A stretch of 64,000 nt of DNA, from assembly GCF_004010195.1 (NCBI RefSeq), contig NC_057718.1:18930588-18994587 (forward strand), read 5' to 3'. This document shows, piece by piece, positions 26,178 to 37,299 of the stretch; within the stretch, counting starts at the first letter, position 1, and every line of letters starts with the position of its first letter. The notes under the pieces were generated by a model. The model was not told where the DNA came from and did no database searches. It was given only the letters and a program-made list of their open reading frames with translations. The translations under genes and the position numbers were made by a program. Origin of the DNA: Chiloscyllium plagiosum. Its lineage: Eukaryota.

Positions 26178-26482
26178 TGATAAGGACCACAAATTTGACT
26201 GGAATGGCACAACAATAATAGAACAAGCCAAACAGAGGATAGCCAGAGAATTTCTAGAAGCATGGCACTCATCTACAGACTCCATCAATAGACCCAATAT
26301 ACCAACCACTGCAATGAACAACCAAAACCGGCAACCGGAAGCAGCAGGAACGCAATCAAATAAACTCCAACTGACACAGTACTGCAATGTTTCACAGGAG
26401 GCTCCACATCACTGAGGATGTCACCTAGAAAGGGGACAAAACATCTGCAAACCAATTTCTCAGCTTGGCAAACATATCCACA
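26178..26482 (+). mobile_element. PLE 3' fragment, second family
   Basis: Peptide HKFDWNGTTIIEQAKQRIAREFLEAWHSSTDSIN. Degenerate hammerhead ctgagga-t-gtcacc..ggggac-aaaa-catc at 26410-26447. Near-perfect TSD aca(g/a)tgttga at 26168-26177 and 26483-26492. Confidence 0.8.
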
Positions 26483-27067
26483 ACAATGTTGAGCTTCTTT
26501 GCTCATGTTGGAGCAAGATAGTCAATGAGTTGGCATGGTAGATGAAAGGAGATAGGGATGTGGGTTGAAGTAGACCCTAAGTTGGTATAAGGATATGAGA
26601 GGCTGTGGGGATGTATTGGCATGGTGTAACATGGCAACTAAGTGGGACAATGTTCCTATCTGATGAGTGCTTGCAGCTAAGATACCTCGTACACAATCCA
26701 TCATACTCCACGTATGACCTCCACTCCGATTTAAATATACCATGTGCAGAACTTGGAAATCCACCCAAATACATAGAACTAGAGAGAACTTTGATGTGAG
26801 TGTGAGATAAAGTGAGTAAGATTTGGGGAGTGAGGAACAGACAAACATTTTATATTCTGTCCTTTTGGAAAGGTAAGGTACCCCTTTGAATCTAGCCCTG
26901 GGATGTCATTTGCAGAGATGATTCACCTTCTAGTTTATGAAAATGCTCATGATACAAAGTGCACAACTCATGTGGTTTGGCAAAATTTTCAAGAAACTGT
27001 CCAAACAAATGTGGAGTTAAATAATAAGAAACAGTATTAGTTATTTCAGACTGCTTATCCATATAAA

Positions 27068-27421
27068 ACCATTAAAGGATATTTTGCATGACTGACTTCC
27101 GAAACAATCATTTTCAAAATGGAGTGTCTTTGATAGACAGGTCTTACTGCTTATTCAGTAGAAATATTTGTTTGTATAAGGTATTAAGTACTTAAGTGAA
27201 ATAGTTGTTTACACAAGTTATTGAACACTTAAGCTAAATATTTGTTTTCTCAAAAGAGTCCTTGAGGCAATTTTAAAGTATTAGATGCTTGTTTTGTATC
27301 AATGAGTGTTTTCAGTAGTGACAAAATCAATAGACTTGTCATGATACCATCTGATTAATGTCCATGGTAGATAATAGACGAGTTGGCATAAAGGGGAAAG
27401 ATAAGGGATGATGAGTGGGAG
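27068..27421 (+). repeat. Donor copy of a ~350 bp local direct duplication
   Basis: Aligns end to end with 28912-29254, with scattered substitutions and a ~12-nt indel. Confidence 0.95.
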
Positions 27422-27569
27422 ATACCAATAGGCATTGAGTTTAAATAGGGACTGTAAAAGATCACAGGGATAATTGGGGGCATTTGGGATATGAGGAGTC
27501 ATGCGAGATAGACATTGCATGGTACAGAGAGTATGAGGGGTGATTGAAATGGGTGCAGGGGCATATAGA

Positions 27570-28058
27570 AAATAGAACATTACAGCACAGGAACTGGCCC
27601 TTCAGCCCATGATGTTGTGCTGAACATGATGCCAAAATAAATTAATCCTTTCTGCCTGCCATGGTCCATATCCCTCCATTCCTTGTTATTTATGTGCCTA
27701 TCTAAAAGCCCCTTAAAAGCCTCCCCCACTACCCCTGGCAGCACATTCTAGCCACCTACTGCTCTCTGTGTAAAACACTTGCCCCTCATATCACGTTTCA
27801 ACTTCGCCACTTTTACCAAAAATGCATGCCCCCTAGTATTAGACATTTCAACTCTGGGAAAAAGATTCTGACTGTCTTATAATTTTATAAACTTTTATCA
27901 ACTCTCCTCTCAGCCTCCACTGCTCCAGAGAAAACAACCCGAGTTTATCCCACCTCTCCTTACAGCTCATACCATGTAATCCAGGCAGCATCCTGGTAAA
28001 TCTATTCTGCACCTTCTTCAAAGTCTTCATATCTTTCCTGTAATGTGGAGACCAGAAT
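27570..28058 (-). mobile_element. CR1 LINE 3' end (older subfamily)
   Basis: ORF 27848-28171 includes FWSPHYRKD..KVQNRFTRMLPGL..LGLFSLEQWRLRGELIKVYKI. Tail atagaacattacagcacagg. Confidence 0.88.
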
Positions 28059-28074
28059 ATGTTGGCATGAATGG

Positions 28075-28670
28075 AGCATAGAAAGTGAACGGGTGAGAAA
28101 GGAAGGGTATTTTCTGATTTTGAAATGGGTAAAGGTGAATAAATCCCGAGAACCTGATCCGGTGTACCCAAGAACTCTGTGGGAAGCTAGAGAAGTGATT
28201 GTTGGGCCTTTGCTGAGATATTTGTATCATAGATAGTCACAGGTGAGGTGGCAGAAGACTGGAGGTTGGCTAACGTGGTGCCACTGTTTAAGAAGGTGGT
28301 AAGGACAAGCCAGGGAACTATGGACCAGTGAGCCTGACCTCGGTGGTGGGCAAGTTGTTGGAGGGAGTCTTGAGGGACAGGATGTACATGTATTTGGAAA
28401 GGCAAGGACTGATTAGAGATAGTCTACATGGCTTTGTGCGTGGGAAATCATGTCTCACAAACTTGATTGAGTTTTTTGAAGAAGTAGCAAAGAGAATTGA
28501 TGAGTGCAGAGCGGTAGATGTGATCGATATGGACTTCAGTAAGGCATTCGATGAGATTCCCCATGGGAGACTGATTAGCAAGGTTAGATCTCATAGAATA
28601 CAGGGGGAATTAGCCATTTGGATATAGAACTGGCTCAAAGGTAGAAGACAGAGGGTGGTGCTGGATGGTT
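28075..28670 (+). mobile_element. Internal CR1 RT fragment lacking its 3' end
   Basis: ORF 28328-28627 (SLTSVVGKLLE..HGFVRGKSCLTNL..DFSKAFD) is nearly identical to the RT in 42096-43043. Confidence 0.92.
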
Positions 28671-29580
28671 TTAAAGTAGATGTGAAATGCATGTTCCAGA
28701 TGTGATGTGACTCATCAAACTACTTGACGTTAAGCAAATCACAATTTATTTAAATACTATAGTTAAAGTAGGAACAAAAGAAAGAGGAATTTAGAATAAC
28801 TAAACTATTGGAAACCTTAACCGAATAATAGGTACAGTACCTATTACTAATTAGTTGTGCTAATATAGTAACATTCCATAAATACACCCCTTAGCAAAAA
28901 GGTAAATTCAGACCATTAAAGAATATTTTGCATGACTACTTCCGAAACAACCATTTTCAAAATGGAGTGTCTTTGGTAGACAGGTCTTACTGCTCATTCA
29001 ATAGAAATATTTGTTTGTATAAGGTATTAAGTACTTAAGTGAAATAGTTGTTTACACAACTTATTGAACGCTTCAACGAAATAGTTGTTTTCTCAAAGGA
29101 GTACTGGAGGCAATTTTAAAGTATTAGATGCTTGTTTTTCCATCAATGAGTTTTTTTCAGTAGTGACAAAATCATGATACCATCTGATTAATGTCCATGG
29201 TAGATAATAGACGAGTTGGCATAAAGGGGAAAGATAAGGGATGATGCGTGGGAGGTATGCAGTTCTCTGGTCCAGGAGGAATCAACATTCCGAGAGATTT
29301 CAGAGAAAGTAACAACTAGGAATCCTCTACTGAAGCTCCAACCCTTCTGGGACTCAAGCAGCTTCAGACTGCTGCAGCTAAAAACATTAGAAAGCCTGAT
29401 CTGAATGAACTGGCCATTCCCCTTCCATTGTTATGACAGTTTTTTTACAGTAACCTAAAGGCCTCCTAAATTGGTATCTTGGGCCATCGCCAGTTGCCAC
29501 TTTGGCATCTCTGCCTTTAAAACCTATCTTCAAAAAAACCCAGGACAAAATAACCTTTTTAAAGTCACAGCATTGTCTCA
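28670..29580 (-). repeat. 3' LTR (outer ~70 bp missing; carries a 343-bp foreign insert)
   Basis: Colinear with 33724-34277 except for 28912-29254. Confidence 0.88.
28912..29254 (+). repeat. Copy of 27068-27421 inserted into the LTR
   Basis: Absent from the sister LTR, where ..tagacataaattcttatatgcac.. is continuous. Confidence 0.95.
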
Positions 29581-29600
29581 CCTCCCCTCTTTAAAAAAAA
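29581..29600 (-). other. Polypurine tract
   Basis: Minus strand ttttaaagaggggagg directly abuts the 3' LTR TG. Confidence 0.85.
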
Positions 29601-29753
29601 CCATCAACATAAAAGATGACTTCATTTTAAAACTCTTACTCTATTCGCGCACCACAATATATATACATTACATTTACTCTAACCATGCAGGTATTCACTT
29701 CTACAGTCAATTTGAGTTTATCCTTGGCACCGAAAGCCTCCATCCTTCTTCAA

Positions 29754-32700
29754 TCAAAGTCGCAACGATGTGTTGGCAATTATGTTTTTGCGTCCTGCCA
29801 TGTGTATAATTTTCAAATTGAATGGCTGCAATAATAAGTTCCACCTAAACAGGCAGGAACGTTTGCCCTTAAATTTCTCCAAAAACGTTAATGGATTATG
29901 ATCAGTGTATACAATTGTCTCAAACACATTACTGGCAATATACATGTTGAAATTTTGTAACGCCAACACCAAGGTCAACTTGCTTCTCAAACATGGAATA
30001 TTTCTGAAGATGAGTATTCCATTTTTAAAAAAAATATGCGATAGGTCTTTATATATTTTTGTCATCTTCTTGCGAGAGTACAGCACCGACAGCTACATCA
30101 CTTGCATCAATAGCCACCTTGAAGGCTTTGCGTAATTAGTTGTGGCTAATACTGGGGGAGTGGTTAACACAGCTTTCAGACTGTCAAATGCCTTCAGACA
30201 TTTTTCCATCCACTGAAATTTTCTGCACTTATTCAATAAGTCAGTTAGTAGAGCAATGATACTGCTAAAATTTAGTACGAACTTTGGATAAAACCCTTTG
30301 TCTTCATTGAAAATCTTTGTTTTCACATTCCTTGGGGGCCATCTGTCCTTGTCTAATAACATGGCCCAAGTATATGACTTGAGCCACATTGTCGATGTAC
30401 ACCACACAATTAGGCAATCCAGAAATGACTTTATTGGTTAGTCTTTGAAATGTGGCTGGCGCATTTTTCATATCAAATGGCATGATTTTAAATTGGTATA
30501 GTCCATTCGGTGTCAAGAAAGCCAAAAATGTCTTCGCTTTTTCAGATGAAGGTACCAGCCAGTACCCTCTGAGTAAGTCCAACTTAGAAATATAAGTTGC
30601 TTGTCCCATCTTCTCAATTCCACCTTCCAATTGTGGAATATGGTATAAATCAGGCTTTGTAACTGCATTGATTTGCATTAGTCCACACACAATTATTGGG
30701 TACCATCTGATTTTGGCGCCATTACTATAGGTGAGTTTCAATCACTGTGACTCACTTTGATTATGTTGTCTTTGTGCATGCATTCGATCTCTGTTTGAAC
30801 CTGTGCCAACTTTACAGGGTTAAATCTATGAGGATGTTGCTTAATTGGAACAGCATTTCCTATACCTATATCATGCATAATTGAATCAGTATTTCCCAGC
30901 TTATTCCCACGTCTCCCCAAGCGATAGTAATAATTCTTTCAGGTCATTTCAATTTTCCTCTGGAAGGTAACTCAATAATTTATCCCAGTTTTTGACAACT
31001 TCCTCATTGTCCAATTTAATTTGAAGAACGTCCAATTCAGAATCCTCAGAACTTGGTTCTTCACTCTGTGATGTAACCATTAATACATTCTCCTTTTCTT
31101 CTTCTCTTTTGAGCCAATTCTCATAATACTCTGAGATTTATTTCTATCTGGAATTCTTATCAAATAATTCACCTCCCTCAATTTCTTTCAATTTGATAAG
31201 GTCCACTAAACCTTGTTTTTAAAAGTTTACTTATCACTGGAAGTAACATTATCTCGATTAGTAAAATTATGAATTTTTGATTTGTTGTCTGCTTCCTGTT
31301 TTTCATCTTTCTGTTGTAATTCAGTTAATTTTTCTAATCTAAACATATCCACTTTTTCTTCCACCAGTTCTTGTTTTTTTTCTCTCAACCATTCAATTAA
31401 ATAGTCTCTGATAATTGTACTTCAACTTCCTTATCTTTATTCTTTGATTTCTCCTCCTGGTTCAACCTGTGACTTTGTTATCTCACAGTCAGGAAAAACC
31501 CCCGAATATACTTCCTGTAATACCTCAGTTGCCTGACTTTCCAATGGCTTTTCAACCAAGTAGGCAGCACTCCTACCTGTGATCCAGCTTTAACATTACC
31601 AAGGACAAATTGTATTCCTGAAGCCGAGAATTCTTCCAGTACTCCTCTACTTTTCACCGGACACTCCAACCTCACTTTATATAATGGAGCACTTCTCGTC
31701 TCACTATGAATTCCATATACTAACACTTTCTGGCACTAGTCCTACTGAATGATGTATCACCTCATCTCTCAATATCAAAGATTGACATACTCCTGTATCT
31801 CTTAAAATTGTAATTTCTTTACCTGCTCCCCCGGTATATGTGAGTAAACTTTACCCTCACAAGTAAATGGGGAGTCCAGAACTAGAGGGCATAGATTTAG
31901 GGTGAGAGGAGAAAGATATAAAAGAGACCTAAGGGGCAACGTTTCACACAGAGGGTGGTATGGGTACGGAATGAGCTACCAGAGGAAGTGGTGGAGGCTG
32001 GTACAATTGCAACATTTAAGAGGCATTGGGATGGGTATATGAATAGGAAAGGTTTGGAGGGACATGGGCTGGGTGCTGGCAGGTGGGACTAGATTGGGTT
32101 GGGATATCTGGTCGGCATGGATGGGTTGGACCAAAGGGTCTGTTTCCATGCTGTACATCTCTATGACTCGATTTAAGAAGATCTGACACTTCTTTGTCAA
32201 GTAATCTCCAACCAGGTTGTACATTCTGATGCAGCTTTTTAGCCTCCACCGTGCTTTCTTTTGCCACTTCAACAAAATTCACTGGCTTATCCTGTTTTCC
32301 TACATCTGACTTCCCAAAGCTTTTCCTAAACTACCAATACTGACTTCATGTGGCCTACTTTATTGTAGTGAAAACACCTGAGATTTTTTACTTCTCTTTC
32401 CCCTTCATGGGTTTCTTTTTTACCCTGTGGTAAACTATCTTCAATGAGATCTACTTTTCCCTTACCACTTGGGGATTTCTCTTTTCTCCAATTTCTATCC
32501 TACACAGATTTAAATTGATGTCAAAAGCTAAACTTTGATTTATGAACTAACTCACAATCATCAGCCATTTCAACTGCTAATCTTGCAGTTTTAACTCTCT
32601 GCTCTTCCACATTCTTCAGGCAATGAATGTTTGAACTCCTCAAAAATAATCGTCTCTCTAAGATCTATTCTTAATGCCCTTATCCACCGATCAAAATTAC

Positions 32701-33507
32701 TTTGTTTGATCTTTTCAAACTCAATGTACGTTTGACCAGAGTCCCTTTTTAGGTTCCTGAAACATTGCCTTTGGGCTTCTGATGCTAGCTCTTTTGTATT
32801 TCAGATGGCTTTCTTCACCTCCTCATACTCCTCAGATACCTCCTCTGATAGTGATGCAAATACCTCACTAGCTCTACCTACAAGCTTTGTCTAGATCAAC
32901 AAAACACATCTAGTCACTGGCAACTTCTTTTGTTTAGCCACTTTCTCAAATGAAATGAATAGGGATTCTACATCATTCTTATCAAATTTAGGCAATGCTT
33001 GGACATACTTCAACAGACGTCCCCTCCCCGCAGGTCTTTGACGATGACGGGATTGCTCGCCATTACTATCTTGCTCACTAAGTCTACCTTCTATTTTCAA
33101 CTCCGCCCTTTTTAAGTGGACTTTCCTATCTAATTGCCATTTTCTGAAATTCAAATTCTCCTTCTTTCTATTTTTCTTCTCTTTCTCCCTTTCTTCTGCA
33201 ATGACTATCCATTCCTTTTCTCTTTCCTCTGCGTTTAATCGTAATTCAAGCTGTACAGTTCTTTTTCATGTTCAAGCTTCTTCATCTGCAATTGAATTTT
33301 AACTATTTCCAAAGATTCTGATGGCATTTCCAGCAAATTCAAATGTCGAGCTGTTGCTGTAATTACCTACCCTTTACTCACAAACAAAGGAAACCCCAAC
33401 TCAAGCTTGTCTGCCAATTCCAACAGCTTTGCCTTGCTCACTTTTTGTATAACTCCCAAAGTCACTTCTTCCACCCCCAGGAAACTCTTTGTGACTGATA
33501 CAGCCAT
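29754..33507 (-). pseudogene. Disrupted gag-pol: SCAN-type gag, zinc knuckle, protease, integrase C-terminus, RT, RNase H
   Basis: LPKFDKNDVESLFISFEKVAK (gag); CFHYNKVGH at ~32350-32380; LRDTG at 31791-31805; RFSGPYQIERKLREVNY at ~31160-31215; SKLDLLRGYW and MPF..KNAPATFQR..YID (ORF 30304-30741); YTDHNPL..RW.L.LQ (ORF 29754-30086). Many stops, frameshifts and deletions. Confidence 0.9.
31868..32169 (+). mobile_element. Younger CR1 3' end nested in the Gypsy element
   Basis: Near-identical to 43830-44120. Tail catctctatgactc. Confidence 0.92.
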
Positions 33508-33633
33508 TACTAAACAAGGCACACCCTGTTTAAACCAACCAAATTCAACACCCAAAACAAAAGATACTAACACCTACCACTCGCTACCTTTGAGTCCAAC
33601 AATTCCAAATCCAAATTGGAATTATAGAATTTT

Positions 33634-33652
33634 ACCCTGACAAGAGCCTCTA
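33634..33652 (-). other. Degenerate primer-binding site, probably tRNA-Pro
   Basis: Minus strand tagaggctcttgtcagggt lies 3 nt after the 5' LTR and resembles the tRNA-Pro PBS TGGGGGCTCGTCCGGGAT. Confidence 0.5.
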
Positions 33653-33655
33653 ATT

Positions 33656-34277
33656 TGTTATGGACCAGACCAGACCCCCAGAAAATATTTTAAAAAGGTA
33701 GCCTGGACCCCACTTTTTTTTATTTTAAGGATAGATGTTAAATGCATTTTCCAGATGTGATGTGACTGGTCAAACTACTCGACATGAAGCAAATCACAAT
33801 TTATTTAAACACTGCAGTTAAAATACAAACAAAAGAAAGAGGAATTTAGAGTAACTTAACCAAATAATTCTTAATTAACTGTTCCAATATAGTAACATCC
33901 CATAAGCACACCGCTTGGCAAAAAGGTAACTTTAGACATAAATTCTTATATGCACTTCTTCAATCCAGGAGGAAACAACATTAAGAGAGATTTCAGAGAA
34001 AGTAGCAGCTAGGAATCCTTTACTGAAGTTCCAACCTTTCTGGGAACCAAACAGCTTCTGACTGCAACATTTAAAAAAAAAACCTAGAAAGTCTGGTCTG
34101 AGAGAACTGGCCACCCACCTTCCACTGTTATAACTGCTTTTAAAAAAACCTAAAGGCCTCCTAAATTGGTGTCTTGGACAGTTTTCCACCAGCACTTAGG
34201 CACCTCTGCCTTTACCACCCCTCTTCTAACAAAAACCCAGGAAAAAATAACATGTTTAAAGTGGCAGCATCATCACA
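33656..34277 (-). repeat. 5' LTR
   Basis: tgttatggaccagaccagacccc...gcagcatcatcaca, TG..CA termini. Confidence 0.92.
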
Positions 34278-35615
34278 TATACCATAAAAGTTTTTGCTAA
34301 AAATATCTTTAGATGCCCTAAGATGAAGTGCCATTAAATTCCAAATCCTTTCTTTTCTTTCATAGGCTGAAGAGAAGTGAAAACCAAAATGAGCAAAAAC
34401 AGAGTAAATGTGGAAATGTTTTGACATCCTTCTCTAACAATTAAAGAAAGAGTGGAATTATTCAGAAAACAAGCATTACGGAGGGCAATTAATCAGGGAC
34501 CAAGCAAGTGCCTGTGATGTCCATCTTAGATTTGTTAAATCTGTGGTGACTTATGCTGTTAAATGAAGAAAATGAAGTAAAAAATGTACATAACAGTTCA
34601 TCAGCTGAAAATGAAGCACTTGACAACAAAAAAATTATCGCAGTCCTAATACTGCAGGTGATGTCATTTGGTAAATGAAGCAGATAGGAAATTCAATGCT
34701 CACTGAACCAGAAATGCATCTGATAGCAGCTTCAAATGCTGAGATAGTGCTGATAAATTTATGACAGGTCGAAACCTACCCAATCTCACAGGTCAGAGAG
34801 CAGCTTGCAAAGAAATAGATAAGCACTTCAGTGCAATCTTCCAAAATAAGAAAAAGTTGTGGAAGAGATGGATTCTAACAGCATCAACAAATGTGATAAA
34901 GGGAGATTATTATAACTATTGAACAATGTCACAATAAATAATAATATTGAGTATATCGGATGAATGTTTTGAAACCTTTTATCACTTGCAAGCTTCAATA
35001 TGGAGCAATCACATAGCAGCAAATTATTGATATGCAATTATCAATTTACTGAGATGCCCTGCACTGCTAATAGTATGAGACTAATTTCACCCTATTAGCT
35101 ATATGCTCTCAAGCACCAAATATTTCTTCCTTTAAAATTCCCTTCTGCCATGTTGTATCTGTTTTCTGTTGGGTTGTGTGGATATTTAGGCGTCACCAGT
35201 CATGGCGAAACCTTTATCTCTGAGAAACCAAAGTATTCCCAATTGATCTTGTTCCCTCCTCATCACCTTTTCCTACAAGTGGCTTGAGTAGTCTTGATTA
35301 AGTAAACAGAGGTACCCAGTGAACTTAACAAATGACTTCATTCCCCTGTTTTATTGCAAATTTATTATTAATGTAAAGTGGTTACGTGTTGCTGCAACTA
35401 TACAAAGTTTTGAGAGACAGTATCTGGAGTATTCCATACAGTTTTGGTCCCCTTACTTGAGTAGTGATGTAATTGCATTGGAGGCAGTTAAGAGGGGTTC
35501 ACTAAATTGATTCCAGAGATAAGGGGTTTGTCTTATGAAGAAAGATTGAGCAGTTTCAGCGTATACTCTCCTGAGTTTAGAAGAATAAGAGGAAATCTAC
35601 CTGAAGTATATAAGG

Positions 35616-36369
35616 TGTTATGGACCAGGACAGACCCCCTCAAAACATTTCAAGGAAGTAGCCTGAACCCTCACTTTGGTAGTTGTTTTAAGCAGATGGA
35701 AAGTGAATATTCCAGGATTGATGCAGCTGGTGCAACCACTTAGTTTAAAACAAAAGAGAATTTATTTGCAAGATAACTGAATGAAATACAAACAAAAGAG
35801 AACAGAATATAGAATTATTTAACCTATCCAAAAACCCTACAGATAATCCCAACTTAATGATGCTGCTCCAAATTCCTGCAACATAAACACCTTTTGGCAA
35901 AAAATGTAAAATCAAACACAAGGTCTTACAGGAGAGATGTCAGAGAGAGATTCAGCATGGAACACTTTCTTCCATGTAGCTGTTCCTTTGACCAGCAACC
36001 TCAAAACTGACTGCTTGCTCTGAACAGCCAGCCTGCTGAAACCCAAACCAAACGGCACGGTGGCACAGTGGTTAGATTCAGCATGGAACACTTTCTTCCA
36101 TGTAGCTGTTCCTTTGACCAGCAACCTCAAAACTGACTGCTTGCTCTGAACAGCCAGCCTGCTGAAACCCAAACCAAACCAAATCAGAGAAAAGCTGAGC
36201 TCTGAGAATTGGCCGCTCCCCTTTCATTGTTGTGACAAGTGTTCATTTTGAAACTTAAAAGTTTCTTCATGTAGATAAACGCAAACAAAATGGAGCCTCT
36301 GTCTTTACGACCTCTCTGAAAAAAAAAACAAGGACAACATAACCTTGTTAAAGGAGCAGCATCATCACA
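35616..36369 (-). mobile_element. Solo LTR containing a 106-bp perfect duplication
   Basis: tgttatggaccaggacagacccc...gcagcatcatcaca, closest to 17555-18181. No matching TSD seen. Confidence 0.9.
35948..36179 (+). repeat. Two identical 106-bp units separated by a 20-nt SINE head
   Basis: 35948-36053 is identical to 36074-36179. Spacer ggcacggtggcacagtggtt. Confidence 0.95.
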
Positions 36370-37299
36370 TGGGAGATTGACAAAGTAGACATAGAAAGAA
36401 TGTTTCCTCTTGTGGGCCAATCTAGAACAAAATTTAGGTTAAGGGGTAGCAAATTTAAAACAAAGATAAGGACAAATTACTTCTCTTAAAGGGTCATAAA
36501 TCAGTAGAATTCACTACCCTAGAGTGTGGTGGATGCTGGGACATTGAGTAACTTTAAGGAGGAAATAGACTGATATGAATTAGTAATAGGTTGAAGGTTT
36601 TGGACAGTGGGCAGAAAAGTGGAGATGAGGCTGAGTTGTATTGAATGGCAGAGCTGGCTCGAGAGGCTGACATGCCTACTTCTGCTCCCAGCTCCTACGT
36701 TCTTATATAATTGAGTTTAGCAAAGCTTAGTTTTAACAACTGATGCCCATCATAGCATACTGTTTATTGAATAATACACACCACATCCACTCCATCTCCT
36801 GCTGACCCAATTGGTACAAATAGACTAAGATTCATCCTAAATGTATTGTAAAATGGCACAGAGTGGGTGGAGTCCTATAACAGCCTGAATGACATAGTCT
36901 GCAGTGATATTTGTGTGGAATCACATGAGAAATCTGATGAGGTCTACCTCAACATCGACAGCAACTGCTCACATCTTTTATGGATCTGCCGAGTGCTGTA
37001 GTGATTCTTCAAGTTACCAGTTCAGGGGGATTACACCTTGTTAAATATCTTATTGTCACAACTAGCTTCATTAATATTCAACTTCCTATCTTACCAAATG
37101 CACTAAACAAGCTAGATATGAGCATTGAAGTCGGAATGGGTACCTAATGACTTCAGTTCACTGCTTGTGTGAAAGTATGTCCATGTTGGGTAACATCTCA
37201 AGGTATTATACATGGGCACCCCTATACCAATCCACATCCATGAATATTGGCATCAATATGAGCTAGCCTTCATGCCACACTTTGATCCATTTTAAGATT

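Larger units (their letters stand above)
25715..26515 (-). mobile_element. CR1/L2-superfamily LINE 3' region hosting two PLE inserts
   Basis: aacatttattgtccatcc..ccttcttgaac..caagtcaggatggtg..tgttgagcttctt, colinear with 6925-7500. Confidence 0.7.
28670..34277 (-). mobile_element. Decayed Gypsy (Gmr1-like) LTR retrotransposon
   Basis: Two related LTRs (~28670-29580 and 33656-34277), PPT, PBS-like site, and gag/PR/INT-C-term/RT/RNase H remnants on the minus strand. Confidence 0.92.
35378..36708 (+). mobile_element. CR1 3' end split by a solo LTR
   Basis: YLEYSIQFWSPY and GLSYEERL..EVYK before 35616. Resumes gattgacaaagtagac..tctagaac after 36369, ending with tail gaatggcagagctggctcgag. Confidence 0.8.

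Noticed and set aside
25858..26415. 185-aa ORF as a novel chimeric protein
   Set aside because: It runs by chance across an antisense PLE terminus, an antisense LINE tail and a PLE endonuclease fragment. No evidence of selection.
27570..28670. Head-to-head CR1 pieces as a twin-priming 5' inversion
   Set aside because: The two halves look like different subfamilies, ~500 nt of consensus lies between them, and there is no TSD.
35948..36179. Repeat-spacer-repeat as a CRISPR-like array
   Set aside because: Only two 106-bp units in eukaryotic LTR sequence. Wrong geometry and no cas genes.
7944..36369. All four Gypsy-LTR insertions share one orientation
   Set aside because: With four events the chance is 1 in 8, too weak to infer host transcription direction.
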